A DNA stretch of 63,111 bases, counting the filler, from Hausera hauseri (lineage: Eukaryota), in assembly GCA_046269625.1 (NCBI GenBank). It is 11 parts of 11 records of this genome, joined end to end, with 100 filler letters (N's around TTAATTAATTAA, not from the genome) between each part and the next. Parts side by side here need not be neighbours in the genome. Positions count along the whole stretch, not along the records: positions 1 to 6,714 come from JBJURY010072439.1; positions 6,815 to 14,486 come from JBJURY010001348.1; 9 more parts are not named here. One strand, written 5' to 3'. The notes beneath the pieces were generated by a model. That model was not told where the DNA came from. It searched no databases and was given only the letters and a program-made list of their open reading frames with translations. Numbering within the stretch: the stretch's first letter is position 1; each line of letters opens with the position of its first letter. The position numbers were made by a program, and so were the translations under genes. Below, in pieces: positions 1 to 12,699 of the stretch.

Positions 1-990
1 ACTACGCCTTATCACCCCCAATCGAATGGCCTTCTAGAACGTTTCCACCGAACATTGAAAACGTCACTAAGAATTCTGGCAGAGTCCAACGCTAGTTGGA
101 CGAATCTTCTTCCGTTTATTATGCTCGGCTGGCGGAACACTCCGTTCACTTCTACAGGATGCTCACCTACTGAAGCTTTATTTGGCGCTCCTGTCAGAAT
201 ATTATTCCAGCTAACCGTCCTAGACGACACTCCCACGGATGAGACGATACGGGCGACGCAAAATCACTTCGTCGAGGTCAGCAAAGATTCGTTCTGCAGA
301 CTACTTCACAAAACAAAACATACTTACCCGAAGATTTGTATTTGGCGAAATTCATATGGCTAAAGAATCAAGCGCCTTGTGGTTTCCAACAACGGTACCT
401 GGGGCCCTATAAACTGATACAGCTACCCTAACACAACGTCGTTACCTATAAAGACGTTAGAGACCTTACAGCGCACATTACCAACTTAAAACCAGCTTTC
501 TTTGTCGACGACACCTTACCAACCGACACGTCAACTTCTTTTCTCACGCCTCCATTCCCTGCTATCCCTACATTTATTGCTACACCATTTCCACCTTTCT
601 CTTCTACGCCTAGTCCTGCTCCATCATTTCCTACACTTTCTACTTCTATTCCTATCACTCTTCCTATCTCTACCACTACCTCTGTATCAACTTCCTCTTC
701 CACTCTTTCACTCAACAGAATTCCAATCTCTACTCCAACTTTTTCCTCTCTTCCTTTATCCGTCACTACACCTTTCATCACTCCTTCGTCTTCTAACACT
801 CTTTCCAATGCCTTTAACCATCCGTCTCCAACAATCCCTCTTCCTTCTTCGTGCTCTTCTCTTTATCCCGCCTTATCTTCGCACGACAAAACACACCAAA
901 ATCTACCAATTTTTCCCAACCTCAATCTCTGCAAACAAACACATCGCATAAACACACAACACGCAGAGTCACATTCAGCAAGTATAGTAG
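1..990 (+). mobile_element. Ty3/Gypsy (Mag-like) integrase C-terminus with Pro/Ser/Thr-rich tail, copy A (decayed)
   Basis: TTPYHPQSNGLLERFHRTLK (integrase E motif), GPY motif, then a low-complexity tail ending RRVTF; contains a frameshift and stops. Very similar to 6960-7990. Confidence 0.9.
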
Positions 991-1111
991 GTAAAAATCA
1001 GCCGAAGGTATTCAACGTCTTATTCACACTAAGCTCAATTGACAAAAACACTTCGTTTTGCGATTTTTTCTCTCTGTTCTTTTTTACTCTTTATAGTTTT
1101 AACTTCGCCAC

Positions 1112-1218
1112 GAAGAAGGGTATGTGATGCCCACAGCGGCCGGCGCCCTCTCGCCCATTCGGTTAGGTACGGCCGAGTTTTCCGTTATCGGCGCGTCGGG
1201 CACATAGGCGGGCCACCA
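1112..1218 (+). repeat. Polypurine tract (1112-1122) and short GC-rich 3' LTR (1123-1218)
   Basis: GAAGAAGGGTA followed by TGTG...CCACCA; homologous to 8110-8203. The right boundary is inferred from where similarity between the copies ends. Confidence 0.65.
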
Positions 1219-2503
1219 ATCTCCCACCAAGATTGTGGAAGAATTGATCAAGGATAACAATCTTCTATTTTCTCTTCAGTCTCAACTTAAGCATTTCTTA
1301 TCGTTAGATCATCTGTGATCTGTCTGTGTTCAGTTGCCAAAGCAACAAACTGTGAAGAGTGCAGAGAATACAAAACACAAGACATCCAACAGAGTCTTAT
1401 CCATTTAATGCCAACCTGTGATCAAATTGTAAATACCAAATTCTCCAACGAACCATACCTAACAAACAGTGCAATGAACAACGAATTTTTCAACAAAACA
1501 CTAAAAAACTTTCTCCGAAAACTCTTCAATAGCAAATCCGTAATGACAGTCGATTCGTTCATCAAACGACTGAAGAAACAGTCAAAAAAAACTGCTGCTT
1601 GGAAATCCGGTGAATAAATCGGATAAAATCGATGGACGAAAATCGGAAGTAGGTCATAAGAAATCCGATTTGAAATCCGGTCATGACGTCAACCGGTGAG
1701 TGTGGATGGACAACGAATAATTTTAATGAGATCATCAATACGTGTCATGAACCGATGAATAATTCGTATTCCGATTTAGAGCATTGCATATCAGAAATAC
1801 CAAAATGGTCGAATTGTGAAAATAAGAAATTGCAAGCTTGCTGCAGTGATTCCAAAGGAACCATATCGCCATGTGCAAAGACCTACAACTCACTCCATGT
1901 TAACCCCGAATCAGATTCCATTATATCCAAGGCATTTAAGTACAAAAGGAAAAAGATGTTAAATAGCAAATCGCCTATTCCATCGAAACGTCTAATCAGA
2001 TCAACTGCTGACCTATTACCAGCCAGACTCAAATCATTGTCCCCTCCAAATCGAATCCCAAATGTATCCATTGATTTACTTTCATTGAACCCTCTCACTG
2101 AGAAATCATCATCATATAGTCGAACAACAGCAGCAACCGGTACAAAATAGAAAGACAAATCCAAAATCAGCGACAACATCAGTAAGACCAATGACAAGAG
2201 TTCAGTGAAACAACCGAATATCAACAGTGGTACAATTTTATTCAATCTCAGGAATACTGTCAAACGACTACAAAAAATATCCAGAGTACTATTTCAAATC
2301 ATTTGACACCGCCTGAAACTCTGTTTAATATTTACCCGCGTATCAATTATTATAATTCCAAATCACCGAACTTTTTCGCCGTACGGATATACGAGATAAA
2401 ATGCATTTTGTAAAAATTGTACTATATATTTTTATGTTTACTCTGCAAAGTGAATTGAATCCTGAATTGCTTGCTTTGATTACTGAAGAACGACGATTAT
2501 TTT

Positions 2504-2929
2504 ATGAATTTTACAAATTTTACTACAATGGACATAGGCATTCGATATTTTAATCCAGTTGTGTTATTTTTGTCTATAATCATTGCATTACTCATAATTT
2601 TCATTGTCATCGTTATTGTCTATACTCAAGTATTTAAAAAGAAATCTCATGCAAATCGAAATGATTTAACTGAACCCATCGAATCTCTTCGGGTGCTTTT
2701 GTCACCGGAAAATCAAGATAATCCATCGGATCGACAGTTTATTCAATGCAAAGATATTTTGAATTACGATTGTATTTTTGATGTTTCAAGTTTGTTTTTC
2801 AATGAAAATAAAATCACCAATGGATGTTTGTTGTGGAAAGAAAATGAAATTATAGCTGAAACATTTTATTGTGAAATTCGTAAAGTTAATCTTGTAGTAT
2901 TGCCAATCCTGCAAATACTTTTGTTTTAA
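2504..2929 (+). CDS. Hypothetical single-pass membrane protein fragment
   Basis: 141-aa ORF with a long hydrophobic stretch (VVLFLSIIIALLIIFIVIVIVY) followed by KKK; no family recognised. Confidence 0.3.
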   Translation: MNFTNFTTMDIGIRYFNPVVLFLSIIIALLIIFIVIVIVYTQVFKKKSHANRNDLTEPIESLRVLLSPENQDNPSDRQFIQCKDILNYDCIFDVSSLFFNENKITNGCLLWKENEIIAETFYCEIRKVNLVVLPILQILLF

Positions 2930-3116
2930 TAATGTAAATGTGTTTTAGACAATTTGTAATTTAATTTGAATATAATAATTTACTCCATTTTGTGAACTTT
3001 CATAACAAATGGAATTTTCTCAACCATTTTATTCTTTCAGTTTGCAAATCTACCTTTTGGAATTATATCGTATACCTTAGGATATTTCTCGAACAGATAT
3101 ACTTAATAAGCTTATT

Positions 3117-5315
3117 ATGGGTAAAAGCGTAAATCTACAATATTGACTAGAGCAGAGAGTAGCAAGAAGTTCTGTGGACAATCATCCCTTTGGATACAGC
3201 AGAGCCTCCCACGTTGCGTCAAGTTATTCAATACAGCTATTTTCTTAAAAACGGTAATCCAGATTTGAAAGACTATGACATTTCTAAAATAATTGTGAAT
3301 GATGTTATTGAAGTCTGGCGATCGGTGAACCCACGGCTGCCACTCTATGATGAATATTACATTGTAAAAAAGACAGAAAAAGCTTGTTTCCAGAAGACGA
3401 TGACGATCAACCGGAAGATGATTTCAACAGTCCAGCATCAAAATTTAAAGGAAAGCCTTCGTAAACTTTTTGACATTTCTGCGTGCATTTGCTATTTGCC
3501 TATTCGATCATGCAATGACAAATCTGTGAGATGCTCAAATAAAAATTGTCAAACTCAACATATAGTCTGTTCGTGACCACCAAGTAAGAAGGTCCCACTA
3601 GAAGAGAGAGAGTATTTGAGAAATCAGAGAACAAAACATGGAACAAAAAGCACGTTCCAGTTGGGATCGGTAGATCGTGAAGCAGTAAAGACAATGAGAA
3701 AGGTCAAAGCAGAAGCTGAGAGATTGCAGAGGCAGAAGCAAGCCAAGGACCTACTCTCCATGACCACGTCCCATGTTGTGTCGTCAGATTCAAGTCAATC
3801 TTCAAGCAACGATTAAAGCGAGGATGGACAGTGCAATCCTGATGGTGTGCCCAGTGGTGCTTACAGTTTATTGAAAACTCCAAAATATGCAATGGACCTG
3901 ATTAGGGGTGACGTGTCTTCTCGTCTTGGAGCCAGCCTTGCAAACGCATTTCTCCTCGACTTATAGGCTTTGGATCTTCTCAAACCTGCTCTGGATATAG
4001 GACAAATAATCCTGGATAAATGAAAAATTGATCGAGAAAAGAACAGAATGAAAGAGAAGAGTGATAAGAAACCAGGTGAAAGTATGAATCCGTTAGTGCG
4101 TATTGGGGTTGATTCAAAGATTGATAGAGATACATTAATGTACCGAGAGGTTACACGTGAAGATGGACAGATCAAACTGAAGAAAGGAAAGGGACTTGAG
4201 CATTCCAACAAAAGAAGCTACAATAGCTGTTCTTGGAGCAGAAGTGGAGAGCATCTTGGAGGAATTCGAAAGTGTAAACTATCTCAAAGCAGTACTTGAT
4301 AATACAGCAACAAACACTTATTGGGAAAGTGGCCTTGTTACATTGGAAAATAATCTCAAGCGAAGACTGTACACTATTGATTGTTCTCTTCATCAAAATG
4401 AACTACCTTTTCGAGAAGTTTTTTAAGTTTCTTAATGACAACACTAAGAGTTCGCGGCCTTCAGCGATCCATTGGTTAAATGATGTGCGATTGATCACTC
4501 GAATCTGTTACAGACTAAGTTCACTTGATAATGTCCAGTTTCCTGATGAAACTTTGGCTGATATCAGTACCGACCAGATACTTCTTTTGGAGTATATTCG
4601 GGGAATTTCCAGTGGCAGAGTTGACTCTAGATTTGCTGCATGGAAAATTGGATCCCTCGGTCATGCTAGATGTCTGACTTCGGCAATCAGGTTGATATAT
4701 ATTTGGACGAAGGTGTTTGTTCGCCAGAACTGCAAGACAAGTTGTACCGCGCAGTTAAGTTCTTAGTCGAGGTGTATGTAGTCAGCTGGTTTGAGATCAA
4801 GAGGGATAACAAGTTCAGCAAGCAGCAGCAATACATCTATAACATGATCCAGAGGATCACGAACCAATAAGAAGAGGTTCAAAGGATGGCACTTAAGAAC
4901 CTGCGGCACAACGCCTTTGCTTTGCTGCCGGAGAACATGTTTTACTCCATGATGAAGTAAAACGATCTGACAGTGAGACAGGCTGCTCTGCAGAAAATCC
5001 TCTCAATCAAAGCTGGTGTCCCGCCAAAGAAGAGACTGAAGAAGATTACAGCCATCAACATGGATGCAAGCCACTGGTGTGAACTGACCAATCTGTCACA
5101 TGGAGGCATCTGTGAACCGCTCTAACTGAACACTTCTCCGGCAGCGATTTGAAGAGCGACATAGAGCTGAACCTACTAGATCTACTGTTACATTCTCAGT
5201 GTTGAGAGGGCAGTAAAATTGATATCTGAAGCTTCTGTCGTTGTTTATGGACTGGAATTGAGACACACACGTTCTTGCAAAGGTTACAAGCCGCCAGATG
5301 AGACCCGCATTTTGA
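3117..5315 (+). mobile_element. Decayed DDE DNA-transposase, hAT-superfamily-like (probably hATm type)
   Basis: LFDISACIC...KVP..EREYL, GVDSKID, LDNTATNT.W.SG, CSLHQNELPFR (C2H motif), GHAR.LT, VERAVKLISEAS (final Glu); many stops and frameshifts. The subfamily name is from memory of the motifs. Confidence 0.7.
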
Positions 5316-6714
5316 TGACATTTGTAATTAGGTAATAGATATTAGACATGCGTTTAAGACTACAAATATTTACTTCTCTGGAGTAATTGTCAAAACTTTG
5401 GTTATCTTTGCCAATATTTATGTTCTGCTTATTAATTTGACAGATATCGGTGATGAACATAATTTTAGCAAATTATAGTTCATTATTTTTTAAGATGTTT
5501 CCTGAAAATTTGGTCTCATACAACAAAGTGAAAGTTTTTGTCCTTTCTTCTTACCATAAGTCCTACATATCTCAACAGGTTCAAAATTGATTTCTTCAAA
5601 AAGTTGGAAAGACGATCCATTCTATTGCGTAATCCAATTAAAAACGCTTTATAGAATTTTCGTTTATGTAAGTAATGATCGGAGTTTCTTGAGTTAGATG
5701 TTCCACCTAAAAGAGACGCATCGCGCTAAAATGAACTCTTCTTCACCTCGAACAAGAATGACCAAAATCAAGAAAATGGAACAATCACACTGGGACTAGA
5801 ATACGAACAGACTACAATACGCCGAAAATCGTATTCAGCGGGATAATTAATCGCACTTTCTGCCTTAAGCTGTGTTAGCATAGGGGTCATAGATTAAATT
5901 CTCGACCTTTAATGTTTGCGAACATATAAAGGATATATTCGTGAGTTCCCTTTTTAATTCATTATCAATCAATTTCTTATTACCTTTTCTACTACTCTTC
6001 CCAAGGTGTATGAATTACTTCTTCTATATCATATCCTATTAGGTGTATAGTTGATTTCTGGGCTTTATATCTAAACCCGAACACCTTATGTAGGGATCTC
6101 CTTATTTCATGGATTCCTCTTCCTATAAGTATATATAGATATTCACGTTGAAGGTTCATTCGAGCTGATAGTCGTATTACTCTACATGCATGCAGATCTG
6201 TTTCATCCACAAAATTAGATCCTAACCTTCAATTGTTAATTAATAATTATTTCGCTGATGAAAATTTTAGAGTGGAGATTGATTGATAATTCCTTTTAAT
6301 TGGCAAAGTTTTGATCATACTTATGATGATATAGTGTCCCGAGTTACCAATTTCATTTTGAGTCTTCGAGAGAACGCCGATCTAATACAGTATATGATCA
6401 TTCTCTATATCAAGCACGTATTACAACACCCAATGAAGGAAGGCTTCAAGTGACAGGTACTCATCAATACATACGATAATCACTCTTGCAGTAATCACTT
6501 TTGCAATTGAGACTATTTACATCGCATACACATGATTATACATATACAAATATATATTACTCCTGTTTAAATGAGAGTAAAATACCGGGTCCAAGAAGAA
6601 CGCCCTTTATTTCATCAATTCAAATTCTAATAAAGTATTTTATTATTAAATTAAACTTATATATACATACTCTCAATATCCGACTCGTTAACTACTTACA
6701 TGGTGTTTTCCCTA

Positions 6715-6814
6715 NNNNNNNNNNNNNNNNNNNNNNNNNNNNNNNNNNNNNNNNNNNNTTAATTAATTAANNNNNNNNNNNNNNNNNNNNNNNNNNNNNN
6801 NNNNNNNNNNNNNN
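6715..6814. other. Artificial contig spacer; the same spacer occurs at 14487-14586, 20546-20645, 27233-27332, 32852-32951, 37041-37140, 41414-41513, 46473-46572, 51014-51113 and 58608-58707
   Basis: Identical 100-bp N-TTAATTAATTAA-N linker, with stops in all six frames, present ten times. Confidence 0.98.
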
Positions 6815-7990
6815 CATCCCTCTGCGGAGCACAAACACCGACACCATAGCTGACGTTTTCATTCGCACATGGATTAGCAGGTTTGGATCATCTCGTTTTA
6901 TCATCACGGATCAGGGTCCACAGTTTGAATCCAACCTGTTCAAATCCCTTGTTAACCGATTGGGAATCCATCACATATATACTACGCCTTATTATCCCCA
7001 ATCGAATGGCCTCCTAGAATGTTTCCACCGTACACCGGAAACGTTACTAAGAATTCTTGCAGAGTTCAACAGTAGTTGGACAAATCTTCTTCCGTTCGTT
7101 CTGCAAAACTGGCAGAACACTCTGTCCACGTCTACAGGATGCTTACCTACTGAAGCCTTATTCGGAGCTCCTGTCCGATCATTATTTAAACTAACCGCAC
7201 TGGACGACACTCCCACAGATGAGACGATACGGGCGTCGCAAAATCACTTCGTCAAGGTCAGCAGGGATTCGTTCTGCAGGATACTTCACAAAAATAAAAC
7301 ATACTTACCCAAAGATTTGTACACGGCTAAATTCGTATGGCTGAAGAATCAGGCTCCTTGCGGTTTCCAGCCACGATACTTGGGGCCCTACAAACTGTTA
7401 CAGCTACACTTGCATAACGCCACCATCTTCAAAGATGGCAAAGACGGCAAAAAATTCACAGTACACATTACTAACCTAAAGCCAGCTTTCGTCGTCGACG
7501 ATACCATACCAACAGACACGACAAATTCTTTTCTTACTCCTCCACTCCCTGCTATCACTATATTTATTGCTACACCAGTCCCACCTTCCTCTTCCGCGCC
7601 TAGTCTTGCTCCATCATTTCCTACTCGTTTTACTTATATTCCTACCACTCTTCCTATCTCTACCACTACCTCTGTATCATCTTCTTCCACTCTTTCACTC
7701 AACACAATTCCAATCTCTACTCCAACCTTTTCTTCTCTTCCTTTATCCACCACTACACCTTTCATCACTCCTTCCTCCTCTAACACTCTTTTCAACGCCG
7801 TTAATTATCCGTCTTCAACAATCCGTCTTCCTTTTCCGTCTTCTTCTTTTCTTTATTTCAACTCATCTTCGCACGACACGATACCTACACCAAAATTTAA
7901 CAATTTTTTCCCAACCTAAATCTCCACAAACAAACAGATCGCATAAACACACAACACGCAGAGTCACATTCTGCCAGTATAGTAGGGAAA
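6815..7990 (+). mobile_element. Mag-like Gypsy integrase core and C-terminus, copy B
   Basis: WISRFG..IITDQGPQFES, TTPYYPQSNGLLE, YLGPY, Pro/Ser/Thr tail. Confidence 0.92.
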
Positions 7991-8098
7991 AATCAGTCGA
8001 AGGTATTCAACGTCTTATACACACTAAGCCCAACTGACAAACACTTTTCATTTTGCGGTTTTTCTCTCTTTTGTTCTTTATAGTTTTAACTTTGCCAC

Positions 8099-8203
8099 GG
8101 GGAGGGTGATGTTGTACCCGCATCTACGTTCCGCCCTCCAGCCCATTCGGTTGGGAACGGCCGGGTTTTCCGCTGCCGACGCGTCGGACACAGGCAGGCC
8201 CCG
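8099..8203 (+). repeat. Polypurine tract (8099-8109) and short 3' LTR from 8110
   Basis: GGGGAGGGTGA then TGTTG; shares GCCCATTCGGTT, CGGCCG and CGCGTCGG with 1123-1218. An alternative end is 8273 (AATAAA at 8224, ...CCACA). Confidence 0.6.
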
Positions 8204-8530
8204 ATTTTCTCCTTGAAAGTTGGAATAAATCAATAGAAAGGATTCATTCAGCGATTTCAAATCTTTCTCCACATCGTCAAAGCAGCAGGTTGAAGAAACT
8301 CCCAGATGAATTCAGAAGGATGCTAAATTGTCGGACATAAAAAAACTTTCAATAATAGAAAATATATTGGTAGTCAAAGTAGACAACGCAGATGACTTTA
8401 ACAAACGTTTTGGCAATATCAACCTCTTCGAATCCTGTTTATTTATTGGATGAAAGGCCAACTTTTTCTGTTTTTAATGATGGAATTGTCCTGATTCAGA
8501 TATCAACTAAAGAACTAATTATTTTCAAAA

Positions 8531-9440
8531 ATGACCGACATAACTTGGCAACATAAATTTTTGGATTTTGCTAACGTTTTTAAGGCATTTATTGGACCGG
8601 CTTACTTGGCAATGGCTTTTGCCATGTATCAGGCTGGAGTTGTGCTGAGCCCAATACTATTGTTACTGATGGGCTTTCTCAATGACTATTGTTGCATAGT
8701 GATTGTCAACTGCAAGAAAATTATCATCGATCGACTGTTACAGTTAAAAAAAAATTTAAAAATCAATCTCTTCCTCCACTTGAAGCAGAATTAGTGCGCA
8801 GAGAACAACTACAAAATGGATGGGAAGAAAGAATGATGATAAGCCATGTTGCAAAGTACGCGTTCGGTAAACCGGTCCAGTGGCCAATCAATCAATGGAC
8901 ATGTTTTTATAATCTCAATTTGGATTTGGTCTTTCATATATGATCTTCATTGGTAGTACAGTTTGGACAATTCTTTACACTAAACCAAACAATACTAATT
9001 AATCTCATACTACAGAGAGTAGTTCGATCAGCCACAACATTGTCAGCATTGATTTAGTTTATCCTTATTCCATTTCCCATATGCTTTTCTCCTTATTGAG
9101 AAATATTCGAAATATGGGCTTTATCAGTACTTTAGCCAATATTGCATTTTTCTTTGGTTATTTCTCCATTTTTGTTCCATATATTAAGAGAATTCAAATT
9201 CAGTGATACATTTAAATTAGTCAATTTCCGTACCGTGGGTGTTGTATTTGGTATCATTTTCCATTTACGGTTCAGTGATTCTATTTTACTAATTATATTG
9301 AACAATTTACCTCCAACGATATTTGTTTCGATTCTCAATGCTATTCTGATTTTTAGTGTGCTTTACACATACATTGCAATTGTATCCAGTGATCGAAACT
9401 GTCGAATGTTTATTATTCCAAAAACGGGTATCGGATGATA
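8531..9440 (+). pseudogene. SLC36/Aa_trans-family amino-acid transporter pseudogene
   Basis: FANVFKAFIGPAYLAMAFAMYQAGVVLSPILLLLMG..NDYC is the typical TM1-TM2 of Aa_trans proteins; later hydrophobic segments are broken by frameshifts. Confidence 0.75.
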
Positions 9441-12400
9441 TTGGAAAATTCAAGTCAAACCAACAACAAAGCGACGGTGAAACAGAAATTTAAAAGTGGT
9501 AGTATAACTAAGACCATTAATTGTAATAATCGAAAAAATGATAAAAGACAATCACCCAATGTCAAGTTTCTTGTGCTATATACATGTGCATTATACATTG
9601 TATTTATGTGGATATAAATGGTAATTGCAAATAAAATAAATTGATTTTTTTGACCATGTTTGAATAAGAATCTGCTTTGATTGTTCGGATTTTATCACAT
9701 TGATACTCCAATTTCGTTAATTTTGGATTTTCATCTGTATTTGCTTTCGTTGTTTTCGTTTAATTTCAGTCGAGATTGATATTTTTCACGTTGCTATCGA
9801 ATTATCCAACGGTTATATATTATAAATCCCTATATTCGGTAATTTTTAAAAGCAGTATAAATTCAATTTATTAAGTTTATTTACTTATTTTCAAGTCACA
9901 GAATAACAACAGTGATGAAAATTATGATAACATAACTGACCTTTGCTTGTTATTGTAGTCTTAAAAATGATCTAGCTTTGATTCTTTTGAAGTACCACCC
10001 TTTTCTTTCTTTCATTTCTTTTTCGCTTATTTTGATCATCCATTTTAATTTTTTCTTAAAATTGCAACACGTCTTATCCGTCAATTTTAGTTTTACAAAA
10101 TGTTTTCTCTCTGTCGATTCATCAAAAACTTTCTTAGCAGTATCAATAATCAATAAATTCTATGACTGGTATCAGCAGTGTAATTCAAATGCTGAAACAA
10201 AAGGACAAAGAGAAATGACAAAAAAGTATAAAGATAAATATCTAACATGATTTAACATGAATTCTGTTATACAAACAGTTAAACGGTTTATTGTTGTTCC
10301 TTCCTTTTGTTGTTTCTTCCTTTGCCTCAGCGATTCAACCGAGCTACTCGTACTAATAAAAACCATCGATTACTAATTCTATTACTAAAAAGTTATTTTG
10401 TGCTTTTACAGTGAAAAAACATTCTGTGTAATAAATGAGTAGTCAAAAATCGACATGCAGCACGCAGATTATACGTTTTATTTTTTAAATTGGTAAAGAA
10501 ATATTTCAATTTTTAACTGCCAGCAACTGAAATTTTTACTGCCAGCTTTCAATTTTAACTACCAGAAAGTATAGTAACTGCCAGCTAAATCAGTCATTGG
10601 CTGAATCTAATAATAAGTACACAGTGTTATATATTGGAGTGGCGCTTATACAACTGTTACAGTTGGGGTGGCCCTAAACGTCTCCCACTATAACAACGTT
10701 ATACTAATTTTATATCGCTTTATCAACAGATTAGGATTACTCGTTCTCGAGTAATCTGCTTGTGCCTTAATAACGTTTAAAGAATTTGATCTAACTGCAG
10801 ATACTGCGTGCGTGTAGATGTTTGCCTCAAATTACAAAATCTCGTCTTAACTATAAGATTTTAAGTAATATTTTGTCTTTAGTGTAGTGCAAATCGTCCT
10901 TAAGGGACTATGGAAAACTATGCGGGAATTTAACAAATAAACAAATAGAAAATTCACCTTTATTTATCTGCTTCAACCAAAAACTTCAACAACGAATTAA
11001 TGATCAATAGTGTCAGTAATAAAGTCTTTAATGATCTGTCAGAAATTGAATTTCGCTTTCAGGTGCTTTGCGAACCTAAGTCGCAATTTCAAACTGTTCA
11101 TTCTGTTACTTCTACTGTCTGCTTATATAGTCGCAATCAAAACCTTAAATACAGTATGTGCAGATGATAATCATTTAATTCTTATTTCCGGCAATTTCAT
11201 TTTCATTTGCCACGCTATATAATTTTTTTACAATTTTATTTACAGCATTTTATTTCAGATTATCGATTTAAATTGTCACGAAATTTCTCTTTTATTTCTC
11301 TGTACAATTCTAAATCAGCTGTCTCAACACTTCCATTCAATCAATATTTCTACATATATAATGTTGCGGAATAAGCAGAATAAGAATAAGTTAATGTTGT
11401 AAAATAAAATAGAATAAGTTATGATTGTAAAACTAATGTTGCGAAATAAAATGATTACGATTATCAAGTTTTTACAATATGATAAAAATTCATATTTATG
11501 CTTAAAAAGGAGATGCTATAAAATGTTAAATAAATTGTAAAAAGCCACTAAAAATTACTATTGATATTGATTTTTGGTACGAAAACCAGTACCACATGTT
11601 TTCAACATTGAGTAGATTAACAAAAGTCTACTCAATGATTTAAAAGAGGATTTTAAGTATTTTTTGTTAATATTTATATAATTTAAAAATTTAAAATTGG
11701 TTTAATTAGTTTATCTAAAGTACCAAACCACATACTCAAAAAACTTAACTTATTTTGACTCAGTTTTGAGTCATTAACAATAATTGTTCTCACAAACCTT
11801 CAGAAAGTTACTAACAAAAGTAACAGTCTGACAGTTGTCAAACTTACCCCCTTAAAATTAAATTATTTACTAAGCATAGCCCGGCAATATACCAAAAACA
11901 TCCTTGTAAACGTACTAAAAAAGTCAGTTGCAAAACACCCCTGCAAAATAAGACTGCTATTTAAGCAAATACCAAAATCATTAAGACGCACAATTTTTTG
12001 GCACAAGAAAGCCTAAGCACAATTTTTGGAGATGCACAATTTTGGAACAAGTTTTCCGACTCAATAAATATTGAGACACCGTTTTGACGACCACAAAATT
12101 GACGTTCCGCTTCTTTTGGAATAGACCCTCAAAATTTACATAAAGTTTACCCAATTCATGGAACCAAAACATTTGTGCNNNNNNNNNNCCTATCAACCTA
12201 TACATTGTATCACTTGCCGCTGAAAAACCACATTGTAATTCAACGTGAATAAAAGATTTGAAGTTTATCCGTTTCTTCAAAAAAGATAACAATTTAATGT
12301 ATTTACGCGTGTTTACTTTCTTTAAAAATAATTTTAAACTTTATCCAACTAACTAAGAGCGGTCACAGCCGAACAGCACAGTAGGCTACGCGAGACGCAC

Positions 12401-12699
12401 AAAGTAAATAAATTCTCAATATTATTATATCAATAAATTCACTTCACTGAATTTCGTTAGAAGAATTTACACAAAGATTAAACAAAGAAACCAACCTAAA
12501 AGTTATCATTTGATTCCAATATTTGACACTAAGCCACAATATAAATTTTATTATTATTCCGAGGAGGAATTGAAAGGAATGAATAAATATAATTCAACAA
12601 ACAGGCAACAAAAAATTAGGAAATTCAGAAACGAAGGATAATTGTTATATAAACTTTTATAATAGATCTTTTATGGATAATTCTATCTTACAATCATCG

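Noticed and set aside
446-951. Glu/Val/Gly-rich and Leu-rich ORFs (also 7567-8037, 20594-21067, 20737-20982, 31361-31594, 57644-57979)
   Set aside because: Shadow frames of the pyrimidine-rich integrase tail.
1123-1218. tRNA-like gene (GC-rich, ends in ACCA)
   Set aside because: No T-loop or D-loop consensus and no cloverleaf; its position after a PPT fits an LTR.
1315-2270. Cys-containing ORFs of 100-155 aa
   Set aside because: May be a decayed host gene, but no family motif was recognised.
3117-5315. Stop-codon reassignment as an explanation for many in-frame stops
   Set aside because: All three stop types occur together with frameshifts and differ between copies, while CDK5RAP1 exons and the PLE ORFs are stop-free; this is ordinary decay.
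6715-6814. Regularly recurring TTAATTAATTAA palindrome
   Set aside because: Artificial linker inside N-runs; not a biological repeat or CRISPR. Adjacency across spacers means nothing.
10510-11460. Short degenerate repeats (ACTGCCAGC about 4 times; AATGTTG..AATAA units)
   Set aside because: Irregular spacing and no unique spacers; not CRISPR, and no element boundaries found.
12297-12565. Possible 5' LTR and PBS of the second Gypsy family
   Set aside because: There is a TG...CA segment with AATAAA, but no second LTR and no recognisable PBS.
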